A DNA stretch of 63,893 bases, counting the filler, from Octopus bimaculoides (lineage: Eukaryota), in NCBI RefSeq assembly GCF_001194135.2. It is 6 parts of 6 records of this genome, joined end to end, with 100 filler letters (N's around TTAATTAATTAA, not from the genome) between each part and the next. Parts side by side here need not be neighbours in the genome. Positions count along the whole stretch, not along the records: positions 11,790 to 18,230 come from NC_068982.1; positions 18,331 to 44,966 come from NC_068994.1; 4 more parts are not named here. One strand, given 5' to 3'. This document shows positions 12,878 to 26,745 of this stretch, piece after piece (the first letter of the stretch is position 1; each line of letters begins with the position of its first letter). Both the position numbers and the translations under genes were made by a program. The notes under the pieces are model-generated. The model made no database searches, was not told the DNA's origin, and saw only the letters and a list, made by a program, of their open reading frames with translations.

Positions 12878-13374
12878 TATACAAAGATATATACGTATAA
12901 ATATTTACGTGTATATATTTATATATATATAGATATATATAAACATACAAATAGGTGTGTGTATGTATGTGCGTGTGTGTGTATGCGCATATATTTATCT
13001 TAAAAATATGTTTATGTCTGACTGAAGTTTGGCTATTATCGCGTAGAAAAAATGCAAAATAAAGGACAGGAATGGATGATCAAAACAATAAACACAATGC
13101 CTCACAGAAAAAGACAGTAATAAAATATAAAGGAAATTTTATTTTGAAAAAAATTAAGTGAAGGAAAGAGTAATTTGGAAGAATTGTTAAAATATATTGG
13201 CATTAAAAAAGAAGCGCCCATTAAAATATACGCCTTTGAAAGAAAATTGAATATAGTTATTCATAATGGTAAATACGCATGTAAGCATAAACTATTATAT
13301 TTGCATACACACTGTTTCCGCTCATACAACCAACCATAGGTTTCTGGTACGTGAAATAGTATTTGTGAACGTAC

Positions 13375-13441
13375 CAAAGAATCGAAGTTTGCGACCCAGT
13401 TTCGTTTCACGGTCATATGCGTACATATATGACGGCAGGTT
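13375..13441 (-). other. Candidate 67-nt exon
   Basis: Strong acceptor TTGTCGTTTTTTCTCACAG and donor TTG|GTACGT; two open frames (NLPSYMYAYDRETKLGRKLRFF and TCRHICTHMTVKRNWVANFDSL); lies in unique sequence. Confidence 0.3.
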
Positions 13442-14159
13442 CTGTGAGAAAAAACGACAAGCTCTCAAATAGCTATGATAGATATTGTCCCTGCTTCATC
13501 GTTAGTGGAAGTTTCGCTAGAATGCTCTGTTACGGCGGATTATTTCGTAGATTTGTGTATATTATCAAAAAGAGGACCGCAATGTAAAGCAACAGTTTGT
13601 TTTAAAAGCGTATTGATATTGCTGTTGATTCTTCTTGTCTCTAGTTTCCCTCCGAATTTTATATTTCCTGTGAATCTGAAGTCATTTTTACGTAATTACA
13701 GCCTCAGCTGGATTATGCAAGCTTGTTTTTTCTCACATGAAAGTCTTCCTCTCATTTGCGCAAGATTTTTGCTCGATCGTCATTTCTGTCATTTCACGCT
13801 GCAACCTACATGGATTATAAATTTTACCTGTTTTACTTCAGTCATAAGAAAGGCTTCTTAGAACATCTGCACTATAATTTTTTAACACTTAGCATAATAT
13901 CTTTTCATAATATCTTTTCAAATGAGACCATCTGTGATCAGACTACTGGAAAATTCAGTCTTGGTTTCTTCTAGAAATGTTCACACATACTTCATTTTAA
14001 TTATCCTTGCTTTTCTATCAATAGCCAAGGTGTTCGAAATAAGTTAGATTGCGTAGAATCATATTCATGCGTAGTAGCATAACTCTACGTAGTACCATAT
14101 CCTTTCCGTTGACTAGTTGCTCTTGAACTTCGATTTGCAAAAGAAAAATAGAAACTTAC

Positions 14160-14300
14160 TGGGAGTAAAAACAAACCTTGTTTGTCCATAAATATAAACC
14201 TTGTTTATAATAAAGATTTAGCAATATTAATAGAGATAGTTTTGTAAAGTACAGGACTAACAAAATTTACGTGTTCCCGTGTTCCCGTGCGCTGACGTTC
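14160..14300 (-). other. Candidate non-coding (5' UTR or lncRNA) exon
   Basis: Acceptor CTAGTTCTCTTTCAG and donor GTAAGTTT; all three frames contain stops. Confidence 0.2.
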
Positions 14301-14833
14301 CTGAAAGAGAACTAGATATTTCATGGCATCAGTTGTCGAATTTAATAGTATAGTATAACTGATGTTCATATAAATAACGTCATGGCTCGATTTGGTCATC
14401 CCTTCCTTTTTACGTAGATCGGTAGTGACTCATATTTCTGCCAGATGTAACTGGCAAGCATGTAACGTGACAACCGTTTGAGATCATCATAGATACAAAT
14501 GAAAATACCTCCGATAGGTTATGCACTTGAATATTATATAGCATTTACATAAACTCGCCACCTTTCTGTTTGGTAAAAGATATGTAACGTTTACTTTTCT
14601 GTATTTACGTAACCAAATTATTCGTAACAATACTCATATGAAATGCTGAGAAAGTAAGTTGTATACGTTTAATCGCTGTTACTGTTTCTACACAGCTTAA
14701 TTATTCCTCTGATGTCTTGGTGCTTGGTGCTATTCTTTGAAGTGGCATTAATCACAATGAGACACACAACACAGACATACACAAAGAGATCCTACATATA
14801 CAAACGCACATATTGATTCAACCATCTGCGCCA

Positions 14834-14886
<53 letters not shown>

Positions 14887-16466
14887 TGTATGTATGTATG
14901 TATGTATAAGTCAGCAAGCCCATACCCACGGAAACGTGTTAATGAACATCAATGCATATACGAAAGAAATGACTTAAATATAATGGTCTTCAACTGAATG
15001 TTTATAAAATTGAAGCAAGTATTTGCTTACATTCAATGACAGTTATAGTAAAGTTTCTGAAAACGTCACGACACACTTTTGTGGACAGCACATATTTGCT
15101 AGAAGCCTTTGACCTGACGCAGAATGCCACGAGCAACATACATTGATGGAATACATCATCCTACGCACGTTATTTACTCCTGGAAATGTGTGGAACAAAG
15201 ATGGCAACGACTGAAAGCGCTGTAAATGGAAGCAGGAATTGCTGCTAGCTTTTTGCACTTTAATTCACTTAAACAAACCATGAAGATTATATAATAATTC
15301 AAGAACTAAAATCAATTAAAGTATAATATTAAAATGGGTGATATAAAGGATGTGAGCATCTATTATAGTATCTCCGACAAAAATGATTCATGATTGACAT
15401 ATATGCTCACCCTCTCTGCCTCTCCCACTGACATATTGCAATACACGCAGACACACACGCTAACACAAACACTCAGATACACACATGTATAACACATGAT
15501 AAAGCGCAAGTAAAGTGGGGGTGAGTGACAGTCACAGACGCTAGATGTAGGTGAAATGCAGTAAGGAATTTTGCACTGCAACAGCTGATATTTCAATCAG
15601 AATGAAACTTCAAATTTTCATTGTTAATTACATTTATAAATTACACCCACACACCACCAACACCCACGCAAACACACACACAAGCGCACACAAAGACACA
15701 CACACACACGCAAGCACATGCATATATAGATATATATATGCATGTGTATATATATATATATATATATNNNNNNNNNNNNNNNNNNNNNNNNNNNNNNNNN
15801 NNNNNNNNNNNNNNNNNNNNNNNNNNNNNNNNNNNNNNNNNNNNNNNNNNNNNNNNNNNNNTATGTATCTATGTATGTTTATGTGTACCTATGTATAAAT
15901 AGATATGTATATGTACGTACATATACCCACATAAAATTGGACAATAAACGTTCTTCTTTTTGAAAATGTAGTTTATGTAGAATTTTGACATTAAATATAT
16001 ACACATATATCACTTTAAAGTTATAGAACAATTTACATATTAAGCACATTCCTGAAATTGTTACGTATATATTAATTGCTGGTAGGGACACTGTATTTCG
16101 TTATGCAATCATACTACACTGTACAGTATATTAAATGTTTTAAACGTCTTTAATATGTAAATTGCTCCATCCAATAATGTTACACAGCTAAACTTTAGCT
16201 GCCACTGAAGCAATGTGTGCGTGGGTGATTAGTGGGTTGGATGTGCCGCTAAAAAGGAGCATTAACTCCCCAGATATGTAAATACAACACTAACTATTTT
16301 GTCTACAATTGCATTGTTTGCTTAGAAGTATTCGTAGACAAAACGTCGTAACGTACCGCGTTCGATGTAAAATTCTATACAATATCAAAAGAGACAACTT
16401 AACTGTGATGGCATCGCTCGCTCTGCTAACGCAAAAAAAGTAGGAGACATGTAAATATGTGTGTCT

Positions 16467-16506
<40 letters not shown>

Positions 16507-16829
16507 TTGTGTGTGTGCGTGCGTGCGCATGTGTCTGTGTATCTCTCTTTACACTATTTTCCCCTGCGAGTGTCATGATATAATTTTGATTTCACTTGGA
16601 TTGATGTAATATAACATTTTTCGCGATGATAATCTTGCTATAGTCAATTATAGTAACAGACATTTTATACCACGACTTCTACGACGTTACATTTTTTTTA
16701 TGACTGTGTCTGTAGTGTGTGTGTGCTTGACCTGGGGTTATAGTTCATTTATACAGTCACACTCAGAAGTCATTAAGTAGATTACAGCAAGCACAATAGT
16801 CAACTGGTGCTTATTTTGTTGATTCAGAA

Positions 16830-16935
16830 AGGATGAAATGCAAAGTTGACATTAACAGAGATTGAACTCAGAACCTAAAGTCAGTCGAAATACCAGAAAT
16901 CAATTCACCCGGCGTGCTGAGGATTCTAAGAACTC
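16830..16935 (-). mobile_element. SINE family A fragment
   Basis: GAAAGGATGAAATGCAAAGTTGAC...TTGAACTCAGAAC is the reverse complement of the family A core. Confidence 0.6.
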
Positions 16936-16979
16936 CTACCATGCTCACCATCCTGACAACACCCACCATATGTGTGTGT

Positions 16980-17340
16980 GTAGCAAAGATACCCGGCGTT
17001 GCTCGTGTCAGATAGAATTTAAGAATTATACTTATCTTTTATTTTTTCTCTAATGAACTGGAATACCTATATTTCGAATTTCCTCAAAATTAGAGATTAA
17101 GAATATTTATGGGGGTTCTTTTTCTCTTTACACACCCTAACAAAAACTCTAATCATGACATATTTATCCTATACTACTCATCGTTATGCCCAGTTTCCAA
17201 AATCCAGATCGTAGGAAACCTATTCAAAAGTTTTTGCTCCTGAAACAAAAAAGTGGAGCATGTGGAGCACATGGAGCTCTAAAATGTGGAAGTTAAGGCC
17301 CCTATTAGGGAATGGGATCTTAAAGTCAACCAGAGAAGGT
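16980..17340 (-). mobile_element. Helitron-like 3' end fragment
   Basis: TAGCAAAGATACCCGGCGTTGCTCG matches the end motif at 32310. Confidence 0.45.
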
Positions 17341-18399
17341 GAATTGTTGAGAATCTTTTTTTAACATGTGTCTTATATTAATTTTTCAAATTTCTTTGAA
17401 ATCGGAAATATATTAATGCTCATTGGATTCGTAAACGAGAGCAAAGCTGCAGGAAACCAAAAGACGAATGATGACAATAAGCATTCAGCAACTCTACCCT
17501 AGTCGTTACCACTATCCAATGTAGGATTCCTCACAATACAGGTGACTATCACAGCAGTAATTTTGGGTCATTGGGTAGTAGTGCCTGGTATGTGGTATGA
17601 TTCTTATCCTAGTGTTGTTTTGTGTTGTTATGGGGTGGTTATGCCTGGTATTGGGACGTTGTTGGTGTGATCTGTTCCTAGTATATAGGTGATCTTCAGA
17701 TTTGGTGTAATCTATTTCATAAAAGCGTTGGCTGTCAGCTTGTTCGCTGTCTCGTTTTGAGTGGTTCAAAAATGGTGGTGGTTGGTGATTTCTATTAATG
17801 GTGTATGATGGAAAATGAGGAGGGTTGTTTTTGACTAAATGGTTACAATTGGGGTAATTCGTGTGTTGTTCAGTTTTTGTTTGTTATTTATTTGTTTTTT
17901 CTTTAGATGAAAAACTAGTCATTCTCAATATTTTTTATTAACCCTTTTTATACCGAAAAAAAATCCCTGATTGCTTTCCCCTGTCTGGAATTCTCATATT
18001 TCACATCCTAGCAAACAGATGGCACGAGATCGGTAAAGAAATTTGAGAAATTTGAAAAGAAAATACGGAAGGTATTTTTCTCCAATGTTACTATACACAA
18101 CATTTTATAACACTTTTTGTAACCTACTGATTTAAATACATTTTTAACCATATACCACAAGTCATCTGTAGCTTTTTCACTTTATTTTTTCTTTTATACA
18201 TCCAACCACGTGCTTTCACATACCAACTCANNNNNNNNNNNNNNNNNNNNNNNNNNNNNNNNNNNNNNNNNNNNTTAATTAATTAANNNNNNNNNNNNNN
18301 NNNNNNNNNNNNNNNNNNNNNNNNNNNNNNGACATATATAGGTATAATATAGGTTAGTTTGACATGGTATTCTTTAACTTGGTATTGCAGTTGTGTTGA

Positions 18400-18815
18400 T
18401 GATAGGGACGATATGTGTGGACTGCCTGTGGATGCCTAGGGCGGGAGAAGGGCAGTTTTTCAAAGTGAAGCCATGCTACAGCAGATCAGATATCGCTATC
18501 AAGTATACAGTGGAGAAAGACAGGTCGGAAGAGTGGATGGGAGGACGGGTGGGGGAATAAAAGATGCAAAATGCAGAATATGCTGGTGGTGGTGGAGAAG
18601 ATAAGTTTATAGACGGCATGGTGGGGATTATAAGGAGGAGGGGAGAGATTCTATGGAGCAGATGCTGTAATAATAACCATAAAAGAAAGACAAAGGGTGG
18701 TAAGTAGATAGAGCCGCGGGTGGGATGGAGGTGGAGAAAGCGATCTCGAAAGACTTGGATGTCATGAGGCAGATGGCTTTCCTTTTGGATAGGAGAAGTG
18801 AGAATAAACAGCAAT
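18400..18815 (-). mobile_element. Possible highly decayed LINE APE-endonuclease remnant
   Basis: ORF 18476-18814 contains HDIQVFRDRF..PTRGS and IFYSPTRPP, loosely like the APE FRxDR..GGG and IYRPP motifs; very degenerate. Confidence 0.25.
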
Positions 18816-19985
18816 GACCCTAAGTGGCTGTATTACTATTCCATATATGGCAGCAGTTAATTAATATGTATCTTGGAAAAGGCTTAAGAGCGTACTACTT
18901 TCTCAGTACAGTTGTTCGTTTAACCCCAAGCCAGGTCCGATTCAGCAGACCAATGATCAAAGGCGTTCCAGTCGTGCCTCTCCTGTATTTCACCATGACA
19001 TTAGATAACCTAGATGCACTGTATCCTTCTTTAATTAAGAGCAGTAAGATGTGATCTGAATGAGGTTTAGCTGCTATTTCTAGCTGTCAAGTAATCGCGT
19101 ATAGTTTCCTTCATTATCTCCGACGAGGAAACACCATACTACTTTGACATAATTTTTGAGCACAGATTATTTCCACAGAAAATGATAAAGAAATAACATT
19201 TCATCTCACACACGCGCGCCACACACACACACACACACACACAACCAAGTACCAGATCGTAAATGTATGACGAGAGAATAATACATAATATATACTTTGA
19301 AAAAATATTAAATCAAAATAAACTATACAACAATGTGTTTGTGTTTAAAAGCAAATAATGACTACAATAATGCAACTTCACTGTAATGTCTTAGTCTTCC
19401 AAGACACACAAACACACAGCCACACACCTGTATATATCAAATGTACATACACATGTATTTTAAAACATACAACCATCACAAATTGATATTTAATACTATT
19501 ACACGCGCGAAATTAAGTTCCTCTCCCATTGATATTCAGCAAACATATAAATATATATATATATAATCATATACATACATATATACACACAAATGTATAT
19601 AGCTACACAAACATGCATGCATAGATGTATATACACACATGGATATACATGCATATACATACTAGGATAAGTGTTCTATTTTTGCTGTAGTTTTTGCACC
19701 ACCCTATTTATTAAAAGATTAAATTTTACGACATTTACGAGAATGGAATCAGTTGTTATATACCAAAATAGAGATGGGGAAGAGGCGACGAGGTGGTAGC
19801 TGTATATTTTACTTGTGTAGAGACTGATTAATACAAAAGACAGAATGAACGACAAATGAATACAAAAGTAAGGATATATAATTAATAATAATAATATATT
19901 TTTTGATATATTGGCAAGACAAATAAATAGATAGGGGTGAAGAAGAGCTATGATCAGCTTGTTAATGGTTATGATAATTATAATC

Positions 19986-20044
<59 letters not shown>

Positions 20045-22440
20045 NNNNNNNNNNNNNNNNNNNNNNNNNNNNNNNNNNNNNNNNNNNNNNNNNNNNNNNN
20101 NNNNNNNNNNNNNNNNNNNNNNNNNNNNNNNNNNNNNNNNNNNNNNNNNNNNNNNNNNNNNNNNNNNNNNNNNNNNNNNNNNNNNNNNNNNNNNNNNNNN
20201 NNNNNNNNNNNNNNNNNNNNNNNNNNNNNNNNNNNNNNNNNNNNNNNNNNNNNNNNNNNNNNNNNNNNNNNNNNNNNNNNNNNNNNNNNNNNNNNNNNNN
20301 NNNNNNNNNNNNNNNNNNNNNNNNNNNNNNNNNNNNNNNNNNNNNNNNNNNNNNNNNNNNNNNNNNNNNNNNNNNNNNNNNNNNNNNNNNNNNNNNNNNN
20401 NNNNNNNNNNNNNNNNNNNNNNNNNNNNNNNNNNNNNNNNNNNNNNNNNNNNNNNNNNNNNNNNNNNNNNNNNNNNNNNNNNNNNNNNNNNNNNNNNNNN
20501 NNNNNNNNNNNNNNNNNNNNNNNNNNNNNNNNNNNNNNNNNNNNNNNNNNNNNNNNNNNNNNNNNNNNNNNNNNNNNNNNNNNNNNNNNNNNNNNNNNNN
20601 NNNNNNNNNNNNNNNNNNNNNNNNNNNNNNNNNNNNNNNNNNNNNNNNNNNNNNNNNNNNNNNNNNNNNNNNNNNNNNNNNNNNNNNNNNNNNNNNNNNN
20701 NNNNNNNNNNNNNNNNNNNNNNNNNNNNNNNNNNNNNNNNNNNNNNNNNNNNNNNNNNNNNNNNNNNNNNNNNNNNNNNNNNNNNNNNNNNNNNNNNNNN
20801 NNNNNNNNNNNNNNNNNNNNNNNNNNNNNNNNNNNNNNNNNNNNNNNNNNNNNNNNNNNNNNNNNNNNNNNNNNNNNNNNNNNNNNNNNNNNNNNNNNNN
20901 NNNNNNNNNNNNNNNNNNNNNNNNNNNNNNNNNNNNNNNNATATATGTATATATATAATAGGATAGAACAGTTTTAGTCACGTAATAATAATTATTACGA
21001 ATGGTCGAGTCTGATATGCAATTTTGATTCCTACCCAAAATAATTTCACTTTAGTTATATTGGGAAATGCATGAACAGTGTAGTTCTTACTTTTTCCCTT
21101 CTCTAAGCACTCTATATATATAATATACATACATATATATAATCTTAATGTCTAATCCGAATAAATAAACGATAGTGAAAAAATTAAGGATTTTCTTTTG
21201 ACATAAATATGACATTCACCGATTTTTATCTACTTTAGAGGCGTATATCATTAACAAAAAAAACGATACATTGTAGATTCAAGAATTATAAAATAGTGTT
21301 GAAAAGAGGAAAATGAACAATACTAAAGAAAAGCGTGAACACCATTTACAAAGAAAATAATAAAGATAAAGAATGATGATTATTTCTGAAATTGGCACAA
21401 GATCAAGAAATTTATGGGGGAAGGGATACAGTCAATCAAATCGACCTCAGTACTTGACTGGTAGGAATTTAGTCTAACGTTCCACCGTTTCCGCCTCTCC
21501 AAAAATAATTATTTGTAATTATAAAAAGAAGTACTTAAAAAATAATAAACCAGAAATAAGGGCAAAGAATATAGAGACAAAAAAAAGGAAAAATGACAAA
21601 GAAAAACAACTAGAAGATTATGAATTTCTTTCAGTTGAAAGCACAATGCCAATATTTGCAAGACAGTTGAATTCATCATTATATATTATTAGTGGTAAGT
21701 GTTGATTGATCGACCAGTCGGATGAAAGACGAATTCGACCCTGAAGCAGTCAATGGTTTCTTTATTTGTCATTAAGGCAAAACATCTTGCTAGAAATAAA
21801 CGAGTGTGTGTGTCTATCTATCTATCTATCTATCTATCTATGTATATATACATATATATATGTACATATATATATATATATATATACATACACACACACA
21901 CACATATATATATATATATTGAGGCGTTAAATTGTTTTATATTGGCACGATACTACAAATTTGAGAATGAAGTACATAATCGACTATAGTACACGACTGG
22001 TATTTATTTCATCGGTCCTCGAAGAATAAAAACCAAAGTTGACACTAATAGGATTTGAACTCAGAAGTAATATAATTATTCTTATCCGTTTCTTACTAGG
22101 TGAAAAGTCTTAAGCTTCCGGAATTGGGGGACTTTGGTTTGAAAATTCATGCTTTTACCAGATAATAAGGGTAAAAATGAGAAAAACAATAGCTTATCTT
22201 TTACAAGGGCCACAGAGCTTTAGGTTAAGTGAAGTGGGGAGCTTGGAGAGAGGAAACTTTCATATCTTTCTCAAAGTCATTGGCGACGAAAATGGAATGG
22301 CTTTGTGAGGAATTGAAACTGAGTCGCAATAAAAATACAGAGATGTTAAACATTCTTAAGAATAGCTTTGTAGTAAGGTTTGCATTAGCCATTTGATTAG
22401 ATTTAACAGTGCTGTGTGTACACAAACACGCATATGATAC

Positions 22441-22471
<31 letters not shown>

Positions 22472-23707
22472 TACACATATATATATATAACGATAACAGA
22501 AGCGGCTTAGATTTTTTAAAATAAAGACCGGCTGTGTGTGTGTGTGTATATACATACATATATATATATATATATATAAATACACGCACACACATAGACA
22601 TATANNNNNNNNNNNNNNNNNNNNNNNNNNNNNNNNNNNNNNNNNNNNNNNNNNNNNNNNNNNNNNNNNNNNNNNNNNNNNNNNNNNNNNNNNNNNNNNN
22701 NNNNNNNNNNNNNNNNNNNNNNNNNNNNNNNNNNTATATATATATATATGTGTGTGTGTACACACACATGCAGGACTATGCAATAGAAAATTAGAAAGAG
22801 TGCCAAAATCTAGATTCTGCTAAAAGAAAAACCAGTAATTTCGTTTTCGTAAAGATGTTGTTGGTAATGAGGAGCGAAACGAAATACCTTCAATGTTTCC
22901 GCAATTATAGTGAACCAACGACAGAGAAAGAAAAAAAAAAACGGAAAATAAGAACAATTATAAAGAATATCTATCTATCCATCTATCTATCTATCTATGT
23001 GATGGATTAAGAAAGTTAACAGCTTATTTTAGTTTGCCAAAAGCTAAAAATAAACACATGCACAAAGTGTCAGGATAATATCTTCCCCAGGTGCACCATA
23101 TCTTTAAAGAGTTTTTACAGGTAAATTTCCGTACACCTGGAAACGTTATTGCAAAGCTGTTGAAGGCAAAAAAGTTGTTGTGAAAGGCTGTCTATTTACT
23201 AATGTTACTGAGGCTATCCACACTTAGCGTGTGTGTGCACTCGCGCACGCACACACACATTCTTTCATTGGTTTCAGTCAGTGAACAGTGCCATGCAACA
23301 ACCAACACTTGATCCTCATTTTGTGACCAGAAGTATCTGTCGAAGGGCGTGCAAACAATTCTATCAAATTTCAAAAATGAAATATAAAATGAGTTTTGTG
23401 ACTTTGTAGCATTCATGCCTTTCCAGATCGCCGTGAATGAAAGGAAATTGCTAACACAAGATAACGAACACGCAGGGAGAGAAAAGCTATGCGCCTCTTG
23501 CTATATGGGTCCATTATAAATGTAACTAAATTTGTATATATATACACACTCGCGAGAGGAATTTTTAACAGGATCGTGACAGAGAAAGAAAAGAAAGAAA
23601 ACAACCCATTATGATCTTTTTCTTTTTTTTCTAAGAGAGAAAAAACAAGCAAAATTCAACAATACTCGAGAAATCTAAAGGCTGTATGAAAGGTCCAAGA
23701 TACTCAC

Positions 23708-23901
23708 CTAACTTCTGCATTGAGATCTACGCTCTGAGAAAGGTAATGAAGCCGGTTGAAGTGGCGCAATCTGAACTCCGATCGGCATAAAACAACTGCG
23801 CTAGAGGAGGAAAGCCATGCTAAGACGACACAGAGATATGGAGAGGAGTCGCAGAAACGGAGTAGGAGAATGTGGTGTCGGCTACAGGAGTAAAAGTGCA
23901 T
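23708..23901 (-). CDS. Candidate first exon (coding or 5' UTR) of an unidentified gene
   Basis: Near-consensus donor AG|GTGAGTA at 23708 in unique CpG-retaining sequence. The ORF from the ATG at 23901 stays open to the donor and contains a hydrophobic stretch (LCVVLAWLSSSSAVVLC). No homology recognised. Confidence 0.3.
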
Positions 23902-24317
23902 AGCTTAGAGAGTGATAGAGGAAGAGCAGCAGCTAGAGAATGGTTGTGGCTCTAGCTTACCCTCCCTCTCATACACACTATCTGTTTTATTATATTTTAT
24001 ATTATTTATCTATATGCATGTCCCTCCTCCCTCTTTCTTTGTCAGTATTTTCTAATAACTCTCTCTACTTCACCTATTTGTCTACCTATTTTTCCCTTTT
24101 CTCCTCTGTCTATCCTGATCGCTCTCTTCCTTTCTTTTATATTTGTTTCTCTCGTTTTCTTTCCTGTAGCTCAGTCTCTCTCTCTCTCTACTCACGCGTA
24201 TCTCTCCCATACATACACATATATACATATGCACACACACACATATATATATATATACATACATGTGTATATATTTATCTATATCTGTGTATGCACGCGC
24301 GCATATATGTATATATG

Positions 24318-24363
<46 letters not shown>

Positions 24364-24772
24364 NNNNNNNNNNNNNNNNNNNNNNNNNNNNNNNNNNNNN
24401 NNNNNNNNNNNNNNNNNNNNNNNNNNNNNNNNNNNNNNNNNNNNNNNNNNNNNNNNNNNNNNNNNNNNNNNNNNNNNNNNNNNNNNNNNNNNNNNNNNNN
24501 NNNNNNNNNNNNNNNNNNNNNNNNNNNNNNNNNNNNNNNNNNNNNNNNNNNNNNNNNNNNNNNNNNNNNNNNNNNNNNNNNNNNNNNNNNNNNNNNNNNN
24601 NNNNNNNNNNNNNCTATAAGAACACTTACAAATATGCGCTCTAAATGCAAACTCTAAAGCGTAAGAGCACGCACACATGTAGACGAGCACGCAGACACAT
24701 TTCTCAGTGCAAAGTCTTTAAGATATCAAATTGGTATGTTGCACGCACGCACTCGCGCATGCACGCTCGCAC

Positions 24773-24819
<47 letters not shown>

Positions 24820-24927
24820 CGCACCATACACACACACACACACTTACACCCCCCACACACAAACCACGTACACACATCTCTATGTGCATGTGTGTTTATG
24901 TGCATAACGTACATATCTGTCTGTCTA

Positions 24928-24966
<39 letters not shown>

Positions 24967-25149
24967 GTCTATCTGTCTGTCTGACTGTCTGTCTGTCAGA
25001 TTGTCTGTTTATCTACACACACACACACATATGTATAGAGCATAAAAATGGATATCCGTCTGTTTCGACAATGATCAACTGAACTACCTATTTGTTCATT
25101 GTACTAACATTTAAGTGGCTGAGTATTCCCAGACATTTGTACTCTTAAT

Positions 25150-25400
25150 GTACTCTTATCTTAGGCCAAATCAGCATGACACGGTGAATGATAAGGCTAC
25201 CAGTCTGAAGTACAGGTACCACCCATCCGACAAGCCTTCGCACAGATTTCGTCTACCCAACTTCACCCACACGTGCACTTTACGATGAACCGTAAGTTGG
25301 CCTGCTATGAGTAAAATACTCATACTCGAGAAGCTCGCAGTAGGATCGAAACTGGGACCACTTGATTTTGAAGAAAACGTCTTAACCATTCAACCACTCC
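25150..25400 (-). mobile_element. Degenerate tRNA-headed SINE
   Basis: The minus strand starts GTGGTTGAATGGTTAAG (A box)...GTTTCGATCC (B box); the body is related to the 7625 copy. Confidence 0.6.
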
Positions 25401-25640
25401 CTCACACAATCTCTCTCCCCCCACCACTCTCTCACACAGATTTTTGTGTATGTGTATTTTTATTGATCGCAGAAGTTACTGAGTGGTTCAAGTGCCGAGA
25501 GGTTCGTGCTTTTTATCACCAAACCTTTCTCTCACCCGTGTGTGTGTGAGTAGTGTTAACTGCCGGGGGAAAAGAATACTCAATACCACTATGGAGAATA
25601 ACGTTAATTGATCAACAGAATGTATGTATGTATGTATGTA

Positions 25641-26037
25641 GTGGAGGTGCAATGGCCCAGTGGTTAGGGCAGCGGACTCGCGGTCATAGGATCGCGGTTT
25701 CGATTCCCAGACCGGGCGTTGTGACTGTTTATTGAGCGAAAACACCTAAAGCTCCACGATGCTCCGGCAGGGGATGGTGGCGAACCCTGCTGTACTCTTC
25801 CACCACAACTTTCTCTCACTCTTACTTCCTGTTTCTGTTGTGTCTGTAATTCAAAGGGTCAGCATTGTCACACTCTGTGTCACGCTGAATATCCCCGAGA
25901 ACTACGTTAAGGGTACGCGTGTCTGTGGAGTGCTCAGCCACTTGCACGTTAATTTCACGAGCAGGCTGTTCCGTTGATCGGATCAACTGGAAGCCTCGAC
26001 GTCGTAAGCGACGGAGTGCCAACAACAACAACAACAA
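25641..26037 (+). mobile_element. Full-length tRNA-derived SINE (family C) with (CAA)n tail
   Basis: A box TGGCCCAGTGG, B box GGTTTCGATTCC, tail GACGGAGTGCCAACAACAACAAC; a second copy lies at 56853-57229. Confidence 0.85.
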
Positions 26038-26745
26038 TGTATGTATGTGTGTGTGTATGTATGTATGTATGTATGTATGTATGGTGTTTACTTATTGACA
26101 TGAGAAGGCAGCGGTGAGTTGTTTAATAAATGGCCAAATCGGAGTTTGAGAGAGAAGCGATGAAGCTGTAGAAGTGATGAAAGAGTGGAAGATAAGAAAT
26201 GATAGCTGAACTAAATCACAGAAGGAAAGTACACAGATTGCAGAGAGAGAGAGAGAGAGTTGAAGTGGGAGATGTGTTTATTCAGCTATTTATCAGGGTA
26301 ATTGAGGGTTAAAGGTGATGGCGGTGGTGAAGGATGCTAAACTTGTTGGAAAAAAGGGAGAGAAAGATAGGAAAGGGAATAAGAGAGATGTAAGTCAGTA
26401 TATCCAAATGCCTCTCAATTCCCTTCATTCTCTCCTCACTAGTCCCTCTCTTCGATGCCTAGAGACTTAGGGTTTGCCCATATCAACAGAGGCTATAGTG
26501 GTTGTGGTTATGGTTGTGGGTGGGTCTGTGGTTGGAAATCTTTGAAGCGTCAGTGCGGGTGTGTGGTGGAAGTGGTGATAGTCGTGGTGGTGATGGTTAC
26601 ATTAATAGTGATGGTAGTGATCAAGTGATGGTGGCAGCAAATGATAATGATGGGGAAGGCAATGGTATCTGCAAAAACAACAGTGGCAGATTCGATGTTT
26701 GGTGTCTTTGAACATCTACATTACATACCGCAGTTAAGGAGCAGG

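Noticed and set aside
17490-17830. Possible 3' end of a CR1/L2-type RT on the minus strand
   Set aside because: Only compositional resemblance; no diagnostic motif is intact.
25641-25715. tRNA-like sequence (also 57155-57229 and 28070-28140)
   Set aside because: The A and B boxes run straight into multi-copy SINE bodies with no proper acceptor stem; these are SINE heads, not tRNA genes.
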